Shown in pieces: positions 38,201-50,240 of a stretch of DNA of 64,000 nt. This stretch comes from Octopus sinensis. Taxonomy: Eukaryota. The notes beneath the pieces are model-generated. The model was not told the origin of the DNA. It did not search any database and was given only the letters and a program-made list of their open reading frames with translations. Position numbers and translations under genes: made by a program. The stretch spans positions 2,418,001 to 2,482,000 of the forward strand of contig NC_043004.1 in assembly GCF_006345805.1 (NCBI RefSeq), in the 5' to 3' direction. Numbering within the stretch: the first letter of the stretch is position 1; every line of letters starts with the position of its first letter.

Positions 38201-39568
38201 GGCATGCTTAAGCATTAGTAACGTATTAGTATTAGATCTTATCCTTTATAACAAAACAGTTCTCGGCTTTACAAACTGCAGCATATAATAAATTACTTTT
38301 ACTAGTAATCAATCTTGCTATAGATAAGAAAATTTATCTTCGATCCCCTTAATCTCATACGTTTAACTCATTAAAATTCATGCCTTAAAACATATGTTTC
38401 CCATATTTAACACCATTCTTTACTTTGACGAATAAATTATTTGAATTTATTTCACCATACTTCATCCTATTTCTTTCGGATGGCGTCCCCCACCCCACAC
38501 CAATATAATTTATTTAGGTATTTGTAAAGTCTACCTTCCCAAGATAGATTCAGTTTCTACTCTTTACACAAATATATTCTCTATATTAGTCTTATATCTA
38601 CACATATTTCCACACGTTGTCCCCGATTTTCATATTTTGTAAATTTTGTTTACGTTTAACTGATCACAAAAATTCCGTCGAAATTTCCGTATTCCACATT
38701 TTTATATATAACAATATATTTTGTCTCATATATACCCTGTAACTATCGTACAAAAATTGATATCTCCTTTATATTGTGCATATACTTTACAAAACGGAAT
38801 TCATTATAAAACCTACCCTCTTCGTTTTATGTTTCTATTCTTCCACTTTCTCTTCTTTATCCGATTTTGCAAACCAATTTCTACATGACCAAGTTTATGA
38901 AAGATAATTCTTTAACTCTATATTTCCCTCGATTCTTAAACTTAAATCTGCATCTCTTAATTCGGAAACAATGTTGTCTTTCTTTTTCTCTACGATGCCC
39001 GTCTAGCCATAGCTCAACATATTTTCGCCTCATTTTTCTCGCTATATATTGATGTCTTTTTTTTCCTTAGTCATAATTTATTTATATAACTATTCATTTT
39101 TTAAATTCTATTATTCTAAAAAAAAAAGAATTCCTCAAATGGGTAAAATAGGATTCTGCTATCAGTACATAATAAATTATTACGCCTTGATTGGCGGGAT
39201 CCCTCCAATCCTTGAGAGGTGAACCGGCACTTTGTCATGGAATACACGTTTGTATAGTTTTAAACCCAGCGCAGCCTGTACCTCAACAAGTATGATCACA
39301 TTCATAACGGATTTCTACCAGAAAGAGAGAGAAAGATTAAGAGGAAAATTGACACCAGGTCAGGAACGCTACTTTAGTTATCGTACCCAGAATGATGAAA
39401 TAAAAAATTGACTTCAGCCAGATTTGAACCTAATTCTCAGAAGTTAACACATAGTAATATAGCTAGTGTCCTAAAGAATCTGCCATTTGAACGCTTCATA
39501 TATGCAGATTTATCGATACGTATGTACATATATATGTGTATGAATCAATCTGTCAATCAATATATATA

Positions 39569-40142
39569 TATTAATCTAATCAATACCAATTTTTTACTCT
39601 TATTATTTAAATTTAAATAACCATTTTCTTTAATCCGTAGGCTTCGATACGAAAAATTACTTTCTGCAGAGTCATTTCCGGCTTCGGCGCGCCAAACGAA
39701 AATATTTGAAATATACCCCAAATATAATTGATAGAACTGTATGCATGCTATCTCTTGGGAGGACGTCCCGTGTATAGTTCTGCAAATTATATTTTCTATG
39801 ACGGTCACACTGATGATTTGCCGATATTTACGTAATGTAAATGGTAACAAAGAAACCTAGGTATGTGACTAATTACTCTATTTTGTATCTTTTCATTTGT
39901 CTTGCTTGCTTTACGTTCTGGCGTTTGCCGAATTTTCTTGAGAACAGGTTTTCTTAGTGGTTAGATAATATGGGGTCTACATTTAGCATATTGGATATCC
40001 ACCTAATGGTCATTCCTCTTATATCTATGTAATATAATTTTCTGAATCTTCAGATTTTTTTCAATATTCTAGGCCACTGGTTTAAATTGATATTAATCTA
40101 ATTAATATCAATTTTTTTACCTTATTATTTAAATTATAAATA
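39569..40142 (+). mobile_element. Terminally redundant ~520-nt hammerhead-bearing element, diverged homologue of 25139-25722
   Basis: ~50-bp imperfect direct repeats at 39569-39619 and 40091-40142 (period 522). Shares cgcgccaaa..atttgaaatata, gcaaatta.atttt and ccactggtt..attgata...aatatcaattttt with the 25-kb element; 3' (TA)n flank. Confidence 0.78.
39804..39869 (+). ncRNA. Type I hammerhead ribozyme, apparently intact
   Basis: GTCACA CTGATGA TTTG ccgatATTTACgtaatGTAAATggtaa CAAA GAAA CCTAGG TA TGTGAC: 6-bp stem I, canonical core, palindromic stem III, GUA triplet; pair 10.1-11.1 is U-A rather than the usual G-C. Confidence 0.88.
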
Positions 40143-40154
40143 TAGATAACTATA

Positions 40155-40211
<57 letters not shown>

Positions 40212-41349
40212 AAAATATAAATACATATATATGTATGTATTATGAATGTATGCGTGCACATGTACGTATGTGTACAAAATGATTCAATAGTGACGGGGAC
40301 ATCTGCTACCGTCGAATGTGGTTAAGTAATAAAGAATAAAGGCACAAGACATGTACGCGTGAGCACTATAAATACATACATACAACCACAACCATACGCA
40401 CACACATACACATATGTATATATCAAGATATATACATAAATGCATGTGTATGTGTGCACGCGTGCGTGTGTATGTGTGTGCTTGTTACACCAGCCGTAAA
40501 TGAATGCACAGTAATGTATTTGTATTGCATTTATGCAACAGACACCTGAATACGTATACAGATTACATAGATATGCTACATTATCTTCCCTGGTAATGAA
40601 TCTGTTATCACCGCTTAGTCTTCCATAAAGCAACTCGGATTGATTTGATCATAATGTGAATATTTCTACAGCTGCTGTCACATACACAGGTTATTACTGT
40701 CAGTGCGAAGAGAATCCCTTACACGATACCAGCCGTGTTCCAGCGTACCGACCGTCAAAACAGAGCAGAATAACGTAAGCTATCAAAGTCGTATTTCATT
40801 TGTCGTCTCATAATTCCGAGCACAGCAAGAGGCTGAATTAATTGTTATCACACGAGGCTACAAAAGCGCTCAAAATGTTTTATCGGGTTTGTCACACAGG
40901 TTCATAATTGCAGCCAATGTTATGATGTATGTTTTCATTAATTTAGTTACTGTCACTAAATCTTATCGAGCAGCCAATCAGACATGCCGACTGGCAAAGC
41001 GACAAAGCAGAAGACAAACTAACACATCGCTTCTGTGGTAGTTACTTAATAAAGTTATTTTACTTTACATTAAATTCCGTGATTCTTAATGAGCGAGAGA
41101 TGTACGAATAAATATATCAATATATACAAATGTACATATGCCAACTTAAATACATATAGGCATGTCTGTATTTCCTTATCTATACAATGTTACACATACA
41201 CACACACACGCATGTAATATGCAACAAAGAAATGTATATAACATGAATTTGATTATATGTATATATGTGTGCGTGTATATGTATGTTCATATATATGTGT
41301 ATGTACGTACATGCATGTATATATATGTATGTATGTATGTATATATGTG

Positions 41350-41400
<51 letters not shown>

Positions 41401-41418
41401 ATATATATGTATATATAT

Positions 41419-41660
41419 TTTTCATTCGTTTCAGTCATTTCACCGCGGCCATGCATGAGCACCGCCTTCAGTCGAGCAAATCCACCCCAGGACTTATTCT
41501 TTGTTAGCCTAGTACTTATTCTATCGGCCTCTTTTGCCGAACCACTAAGTTACGGGAAAGTAGACGCACCAGAATCGGCTGTCAGACGATGTTGTGGGGA
41601 CAAACACAGACACACAAACACTCCCTCACACATACATACATACATACATACATACATACA

Positions 41661-41692
<32 letters not shown>

Positions 41693-41818
41693 AGACGGGC
41701 TTCTTTCACTTTCCGTCTACCAAACGCACTCACAAGCCTTTGGTTGGCCCTAGGCTACAGTAGAGGACAATTGCCCAAGATGCTACGCAGTGGAACAGAA
41801 CCCAGAACCATGTGGTTG
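41419..41818 (-). mobile_element. SINE family B (head truncated) with internal (CATA)n
   Basis: Reverse complement of the family-B body and tail. Confidence 0.88.
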
Positions 41819-41879
41819 GTATACATTACATACATACATACATATTTAAATATATATAAATACATATATATACACACTC

Positions 41880-41943
<64 letters not shown>

Positions 41944-42429
41944 GTACGTACGTACAATATGCACATATACGAATGTATACTGCATACACGTATTTGTTTA
42001 TATGTATTATTATTTCGGCGATGTATCTTAAGATACGTACTATGGTTAAATTGTACCATAAAATCGAGGTTTCCGGCATAATAACTTAATAAAAGGCATA
42101 CAAAATATGAAAGTATTTATTGCTAAATTGATTACCCAGCCACATGAATATGTATTTCTTTAAACTATTTAATCACAGTGAAAAATTAATAATTATTTTG
42201 CTAGTCATTGCATATTCGACACAGGTGGAAATTATATGGAGTACATGTGCATTGTGCGATTAATCTACATATGTACGTAGAAGACAGACACTATGACGTT
42301 TTAACCAAGTATTGACGCGTCATGTATTTGCTTTTTACGCATGAGCCTACGTGTACTTTATCTAAGTTTACTCTTTAACGTATTGAATAGAGTCTTATAT
42401 TTCTTTTATTTGTGAATGACTTTTACGCT

Positions 42430-42750
42430 TTTACTTAAGCGTTTCTTCTACTGCAGTGTTTAGAAGCGGAGATGGGTCTAGTATGGTGTTGGTCTGCCCT
42501 TGGGCATGTCCTGCGCATGTGAACCTTTTGGAACACTCTCTATATAACGGGGAGGGCCCGTATCCTCTCTTGCCGCTATTATGTAGATTACTGGAAATTT
42601 GGTTATCATTAATACACCGAGGACGATACGGGAGTAATGTCCCGTTGCCTTCTCCAGGCAGGTGGGATTTGAACTCACAATGTAGAGAGTCGTAAGGTAT
42701 ACCATAAAGCATTTTTGCTGAAGTGCCAACTATTCTGCCCCTCTACCATC
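42430..42750 (-). mobile_element. SINE-headed element with an unrecognised body
   Basis: Degenerate family-A-like head (ggcagaatagtt...tgagttcaaatccc), followed by ggagaaggcaacgggacattactcccgtatc and unique sequence. Confidence 0.45.
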
Positions 42751-43699
42751 TACAGAGGAACTTGAAATGAAGCGTTTTACTCAAGAACACAAAGCGGCGC
42801 CTGGTCCAGGAATCGAACCCACGAACTAGTGAGCCGGTATTTGAACGTCCACATGTGTGGTATAGACGGTACTTAAATGATCTTTCTGCTAAGTTGATGT
42901 AAGTCATAATGATATTGTCCTTTGTGCTATATTAGCCTGGCACACAATAAGGTTGTTTATACACTCATAATGGAAAGGACACGGTCCATTGTTTTGGCTA
43001 TTACAGTTTTCTTCTCTTTATATCGTTTTGTGTTTATTGTGCTGGAAATATGTAAGAAGTTTATAAAATGTATGGTGAAACAATTCCATTCCTCAAACTA
43101 AAAACACTTTAACAAAGACATGAAGTTCGTGAAGCAGGTCAATGTTAAAAAGATAATTATTCTACACAACCTTTTGTTAGAAAAAATATCTTAATTCAGA
43201 ATCATAGATTATTCAATAGATAACTAAACGAAGACGAAATAACTATAACTACAGAATGACTGTCTTGTTTATTTTGGGTTCAGCAATAGAAAAGAATATC
43301 ATGTATATGTTTTATCTGTAGACTACATCAGTAGAAAAATAAAGTTTTGTTTACATGGGCTAAGCAATAATTTTTTTATACATTGATACCAAAACGAATT
43401 TTTGAAACTCCATTACAAATATGTCACTGTAACACCCTGGAAACATATCTAGCCAATAACAGGGCAAACACTGCCGACATTATGTTCTAACTTAAATAGA
43501 GACAATCCACTACATAATACTTCAAATGTTGTAATTGTTGTTTGTTACGTATTAAAAACCACCAGACATCAATAATGAAGAGAAAGACTAAACTAATATC
43601 AGTTTTATAACACAGTACAACATACTGGTTGTGTCCTTTCAAGGCAAGAGATAAAAACCAGTATCGTGCATCACGTGTCGTGCTATGTTATTTCGTGAT

Positions 43700-43970
43700 T
43701 TGTTTCTGCCGAAGAAATTCCACCAAAGAATGCAGTCTATAAATCCGGGTATTCCAGCATGAAACTGAAATATGGAGTACAGCAACAGGAGACCCCCTTC
43801 GGTCATGAATGACCTTGGGGCTGGCCAGATTGGAGCAATATCGAGTATAACCAGCCGAAATTGCAAAGATAATCTGGAACTCGACTGAGGATAGAAAACT
43901 CCGTATGATCCGTCTTTGTTTTCCTTGTATCGTCTGTCTGGATGTTGGCATTCTTGTCCCATTGTTGTTT
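43700..43970 (+). mobile_element. Older relative of the 44-kb tandem element (3' end), opposite orientation
   Basis: ccagattggagcaat...cagccgaaattg...ttcttgtccc aligns by eye with the reverse complement of 44060-44230. Confidence 0.8.
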
Positions 43971-43998
43971 TATATATATATACACCGAATACACACAG

Positions 43999-44050
<52 letters not shown>

Positions 44051-44052
<2 letters not shown>

Positions 44053-45884
44053 GGTAAACGTTAAAAAAACACAAACTGGGACAAGAACGTGAAACATTTT
44101 GAAGACGGCAAAAAAAACACACAGACGGGACTTTCGAAGCTCTCAGTCATCAGTCAAGAACCAGATCATCTTCTCAATTTCGGCTGATTAATCTTGAGAT
44201 TGCTCCAATCTGGGCAGCCCGCCAAGGGAAATCTAAGCCAATCGCATTAGATTCCTTGGAAGAAAACCTCGAAAGTATACAACACGGTGACGGAAAAACG
44301 GACGATGTTACTCGAAAAAAAAAAAAAAATTCAAAAATACGTAAAAACAATAAAGAAAGCACGGATAAAAATACAAAATAGCGTAAAAACAATCATAACA
44401 AAACCAGGACGTCAGGACAAGCGTCTTTCGACAGGACGAGTTGAGTATAGGGCTGGCTGTGGTAAAAATGCCTGAAGGCAAACGGAGCACAAACACATAC
44501 GTGTGGTCAAGCCAACTACTTGATGCGAAAGGCAGTAGTAGCTAGCTGGTCCGTGAGCACAAAAGGAGGAAGGGACAGATGAAGAGAGAAGCAGGAGAGG
44601 AAAGGGACAGGTCAAGTGGGGTATAAGGTCTGAGAGGCAGAGAAATGTGGGAGAGGAGGGACGGAGGAAGAGAGAAAGAAAGAAGGGGAACAAGGAGGAG
44701 AAGAAAAAGAGGGAAAGAGACAGAACAAGGGGAGTGAAAAGGTGAAGGCAGAGAAAAGTAGGAGAGGGGGGGAAAAGAGACAGAGTAGTAGAGTCGTACC
44801 AATGTTAGAGAGTAATATACTTACAGTATAGGTTAAAGGGTAGGGTACGTAGCCGCCATGTATATAGGTAAACGTTAAAAAAACACAAACTGGGACAAGA
44901 ACGTGAAACATTTTGAAGACGGCAAAAAAAACACACAGAAGCTTCAGTCATCAGTCAAGAACCAGATCATCTTCGCAATTTCGGCTGATTATCTTGAGAT
45001 TGCTCCAATCTGGGCAGCCCGCCAAGGGAAATCTAAGCCAATCGCATTAGATCCTTGGAAGAAAACCTCGAAAGTATACAACACGGTGACGGAAAAACGG
45101 ACGATGTTACTCGAAAAAAAAAAAAAATTCAAAAATACGTAAAAACAATAAAGAAAGCACGGATAAAAATACAAAATAGCGTAAAAACAATCATAACAAA
45201 ACCAGGACGTCAGGACAAGCGTCTTTCGACAGGACGAGTTGAGTATAGGGCTGGCTGTGGTAAAAATGCCTGAAGGCAAACGGAGCACAAACACATACGT
45301 GTGGTCAAGCCAACTACTTGATGCGAAAGGCAGTAGTAGCTAGCTGGTCACGTGAGCACAAAAGGAGGAAGGGACAGATGAAGAGAGAAGCAGGAGAGGA
45401 AAGGGACAGGTCAAGTGGGGTATAAGGTCTGAGAGGCAGAGAAATGTGGGAGAGGAGGGACGGAGGAAGAGAGAAAGAAAGAAGGGGAACAAGGGAGGAG
45501 AAGAAAAAGAGGGAAAGAGACAGAACAAGGGGAGTGAAAAGGGTGAAGGCAGAGAAAAGTAGGAGAGGGGGGGAAAAGAGACAGAGTAGTAGAGTCGTAC
45601 CAATGTTAGAGAGTAATATACTTACAGTATAGGGTTAAAGGGTAGGGTACGTAGCCGCCATGTATATAGGTAAACGTTAAAAAAACACAAACTGGGACAA
45701 GAACGTGAAACATTTTGAAGACGGCAAAAAAAAAACACACAGAAGCTCTCAGTCATCAGTCAAGAACCAGATCATCTTCGCAATTTCGGCTGATTAATCT
45801 TGAGATTGCTCCAATCTGGGCAGCCCGCCAAGGGAAATCTAAGCCAATCGCATTAGATTCCTTGGAAGAAAACCTCGAAAGTAT

Positions 45885-45889
<5 letters not shown>
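44051..45889 (-). repeat. ~2.3 tandem copies of an ~802-814-bp element (Penelope-like partial tandem)
   Basis: taggtaaacgtt recurs at 44051, 44865 and 45667; copies are near-identical; caccgaatacacacag is duplicated on both flanks (43983-43998 and 45919-45934) next to (TA)n. Confidence 0.93.
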
Positions 45890-45921
<32 letters not shown>

Positions 45922-46288
45922 CGAATACACACAGCTATATACACATATATATATACATACATACATTAAATATATTCACACATACATGCATACAGCAACG
46001 CCTACTTCATCAGATATACTCAAGAAACGCCATGTACATGTAAAATATTGCATCGGAGAAGGATATGATCATTGGTTTCTGAATTGTATAAAAATTATGA
46101 AGAAAGTACAAAAGGTTACAGTTTCAAAATACATCGGAAAACTAGTATTTTATGAATTTGTGTGTAAATATTAATTTTACGTGGTGAACTATTTCTTGTC
46201 GTTGTTATTATCGTTACTGTCAGACATAAACTGTTACATCTATTAATGCTACACATCTATTATTTTGTTTTGTTTCTTTCTTCATATA

Positions 46289-46787
46289 TCTATATATATA
46301 AAACTGTAGTTGTGTGAGTGTATGTCCCCTTCGATTTAGATTCCTAACTACTCCCACATTTTGCGGTGCAGTTTAACCAAATTCGGGTATCTTATAGTCG
46401 TGATTCATATCAAGCCCGTCTGGGTATTAGCGCGCGTCTACAATGAGTCTACGATTTTAAAAATAATTTAACATCATTTTTTATTCCATTTTAATGCATA
46501 ATTTTTCGTGTGTCGATGGCGGCGGAGTTGGCGTCCACGCTCACATCTGCACCTGTTTGCTTCTCCCTCGTGAAGCTGTGGAGAAGGGAGTGTAAGGAAA
46601 TCAACGTCGTAAAGCGTTGTCAAGGAGACCAGCGTTCTTTTAGAACAACGACTTTATGGCTTGAAGACACCAAAACAGAAATGGCTAAGAAAGCCCGAAT
46701 TTGCATCTATAAGGGAAGTAACTCTCTAAAAATGCTTATATAGTTATTTCCCTTACAAACCCGAGCAACGCCGGGTGATACTGCTAG
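46289..46787 (+). mobile_element. Non-autonomous Helitron (499 bp)
   Basis: A|TCTATATATATAAAA 5' end; 3' hairpin cccgagcaacgccggg (46760-46775) followed by CTAG|T; inserted between A and T with no TSD. Confidence 0.85.
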
Positions 46788-46789
46788 TA

Positions 46790-47070
46790 TATATATATAC
46801 ATAAAACAGAATTATATAAATTTGTATGTTTATATATGAGTTTGTGTGTCTGTGCATGTGAGTGGGGGCGTTATTAATGTTTACGTATGTATGTATAGGT
46901 ACATATGTGTGTGTATGCATACATATGTATGAATATATATATGTATACATGCATATGTATGTATATATATAAATATATATATATACATATGTATGTATTT
47001 ATATATATATACATATATATATATATGTGTGTATATATATATATATATTATATATATATACATATATATA

Positions 47071-47128
<58 letters not shown>

Positions 47129-47345
47129 CTTGCATGAGTACATATATATGTATATATACGTATATATACATATATATGTATACATATACCTATATCTATC
47201 TATCTATCTATATATATATATATATATATATATATGCTCGCACACAAATATTTGTGTGTGTATGTATGTGTATATACACATACACAGACACACACACACA
47301 CATATATATATATATAAGTATGTATGTATAGGTATATATGTAGTT
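46790..47345. repeat. Compound (TA)/(TG)/(TATG) microsatellite field
   Basis: Direct reading of the sequence. Confidence 0.95.
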
Positions 47346-47879
47346 AAATCACTCGAGCTGACATCCTACTCGCAAATAAAGCCGTAACCTATATCTCTAC
47401 TGTTGTTCATTCACCAAAATCAAAGCAACTACAACATCAGCATCATCAACAATATCAGTCCAGTGCAAATAAACTGTGTAATATAAAATTTAGAATACAA
47501 AATACAAAATACAAAAAAAGTCTGATAAAAAAAAGTTATAAAAAGAAAAAAGCGAGCAACAGCGACTGCCTTTTCTTTACCACAGGAAATCTATGATAAC
47601 AATGGCTGAATTTGAAAAGATCTCGACTGACCACCCACAGACAGCTAAAAAGAAATGGGCTCTAAAAGTACAAACAACTATCCATCAGCCGATGAAAATT
47701 TACTTTCAAGGACAACACACACACACACACGTGTCTCTGTGTGTGTGGATATGTTCGTGTATTTGTGTATGTGTGTGCGTGTGTGTGTGTGTGTGTGTAT
47801 GTTTGTGTGTGTGTGGGGAGGGGTGAATATGTCTGATATATGTAGACACAGACACTTACATATGCGTACGTGTGTTTTT

Positions 47880-48900
47880 TTTATTTCGTTCTTTTAGTCG
47901 AAGAAATTGACCCTTGGTCTTTTTTTTTTTTGTAATCCTAACACTTATCGTATCGGTCTCGCTTGTCGAACCTTTAGGTTACGGTACGTAAACAAACCAA
48001 CATCAGAAGTGAAGCAATGGTGGGGTAACAAATACAGACAGATCGCACAAATACACACAGTAAGGCGCCGAGCTGGCACAATCGTTAGCACGCCGGGCGA
48101 AGTGCTCAGCGTTATTTCGTCTGCCGCTACGTTCTAAGTTCAAATTCCGCCGAGGTCGACTTTCATTTCATCTTTTCGGGGTCGATTAAATAAGTACCAT
48201 TTACGCAATGGAGTCGATGTAATCGACTTAATCCGTTTGTGTATCCTTGTTTGTACCCTCTGTTTAGCCCCTTGTGGGTAGTAAAGAAATAGGTATTTCG
48301 TCTGCCGCTACGTTCTGAGTTCAAATTCCGCCGAGGTCGACTTTGCCATTAATCCTTTCGGTGTCGATTAAATAAGTACCAGTTACGCACTGGGGTCAAT
48401 ATAATTGACTTAATCCGTTTGTTTGTCCTTGTTTGTCCCCTCTGTGTTTAGCCCTTGTGGGTTGTAAAGAAATAGAAATGGGTATTTCGTCTGCAGATAC
48501 GTTCTCAGTTCAAATTCCACTGAGGTCGATTTGGCCTTTCATTCTTTCGGGGTCGATAAGTGAAGTACCAGTTACGCACTGGGGTCGATGTAATCGACTT
48601 AATCCCTCTGTCTGTCCTTATTTGTCCCCTCTATATTTAGCCCCTTGTGGGTAGTAAAGAAATAAGAAATAAGGACACAATGCACGAATACACACACACA
48701 CACATACACACACATATATATCTATATATATATACATACACTGGCTTCGTTCACTTTCTCTCTACCAAATCCACTTACAAGGCTTTCGTCGTTTCGAGGC
48801 TATAGCAAAAGACACTTGCCCAAGGTGCCACGCAGTAGAACTGAACTCAGAACCATGTGGTTGGGAAGCAAGCTCCCTACCACACAGCTACGCCTACACC
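47880..48900 (-). mobile_element. SINE family B split by a nested SINE A multimer
   Basis: Head and CORE-like part at 48735-48900; the body resumes at ~48059-47880 on the other side of the insertion. Confidence 0.8.
48061..48672 (+). mobile_element. Trimeric SINE family A
   Basis: Head followed by units starting at about 48110, 48292 and 48481. Confidence 0.9.
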
Positions 48901-48928
48901 AATAAGTGTTTATAGATACATTTATACA

Positions 48929-49320
48929 GGCGCAAACATGGCTGTGTGGTAAGAAATTTGCTTTCTAACCACATGGTCCTAGGTTCAGTCTCACTGTGGG
49001 ACATCCTGGGAGGGTTTCTCTTACTATAGCCTCGGGCACACCAAAGCCTTTTCAGTGGATCTGTCAGACAGAAACTGAAAAGAGCCCCTCGTATATGTGT
49101 ATGCTTGTGTGTGTGTGTATGTGTGTGTGTGTGTGTGTGTGTACGTGCATGTCAACCGCTATTGGTATGTTTACGTCCCCGTAGCGTAGCGGTTGAGTAA
49201 AATTTTACCGATAAAATAAATACCATGTTTCAAATAATTAAGTACTAAGGTAAATTTGGTCGACTAAATTTCAAGGCAGTGCTCCAGCATGGCCGCAGCC
49301 TAAGTGAAAAATAAAAGCTA
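48929..49320 (+). mobile_element. SINE family B
   Basis: Head starts 28 bp from the opposite-strand family-B head at 48900. Confidence 0.87.
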
Positions 49321-49941
49321 AAGATTAAAAATGCATATACATACAAGCTTACATACACACATATACAAAGTATTTTGGCATGTATAAATGCATGTATGTA
49401 TGTATGTATGTATGTATGTATGTATGTATGTATGTATGTATGTATGTATGTATTTCTTTGTAGCTGATTGCTGTTATTAATCACTTTTGTTGTTATTATT
49501 ATTGTTTTCAGTTTTCTTTTTAATTGCTTCTTAAACTAAGAATGATAATCTTTTGCTCCGCTGATCATGGTCGTTTGGTCTGAGATCAGAGTTCCTTCAT
49601 CATAACATTGGTAACTGATGTAGAACGCGTAATTCAAACCGCTACACAACAAAACACGTACTTAGCTACCCTTTGTGTCCACAGGATTTCTTTCAAATAT
49701 TTCATCGACAGCAAAAGCTATGGCTATTCTCATGGTTACGTTGACCTTCCATAGTAATTTCTCACAGAAACTCTGACCTTATCAAGTGTTTCACGAAAGC
49801 CATGACCATTCATAAATCACCATACAGCTGTACGTCTTTTTCTTAGCTTTTTGCGTTTGAAGCGTAGGTTAATCGTTTTACTAGCTTATTCCTACTAAAA
49901 GCGGTATTACGATAGGTATTATACACACACATGATCTCTCA

Positions 49942-49988
<47 letters not shown>

Positions 49989-50203
49989 ATATATATATAT
50001 TGTTGTGTCTGGGGAGAGTCATTCTCTTTTAGTGCCTTATCATTTAATACTCGCATAAAGAGCCTTGCAAACCAAATCCAAAAACGAAATATATATATAT
50101 ATATATATATAATTTTAATCCAAAAGGGAAACAAAAAAACAACAACAACAGGAACAATTACAGTATTATTATTAATAGGCGCTCAGGAGATGGAAGCAGG
50201 GAG

Positions 50204-50240
50204 GTATGACGTTTCGAGCGGAGCTCTTCGTCGGAAACAT
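50204..50240 (-). ncRNA. Minimal hammerhead-like motif (CCGACGA core variant) in a Penelope-like 3'-end remnant (~50100-50440)
   Basis: Minus strand atgttt CCGACGA A GAG ctccg CTC GAAA CG TC atacc; stem I is weak. Confidence 0.5.

Noticed and set aside
38200-39050. RTE-like endonuclease echoes (RVGFIMN) on the minus strand
   Set aside because: Too degraded to support from sequence alone.
44120-44160. CTGATGA...GAAA...GTC (minus) in the tandem element as a hammerhead
   Set aside because: Stems I, II and III do not pair, and the older relative has GTAT in place of GAAA; at most a decayed motif.
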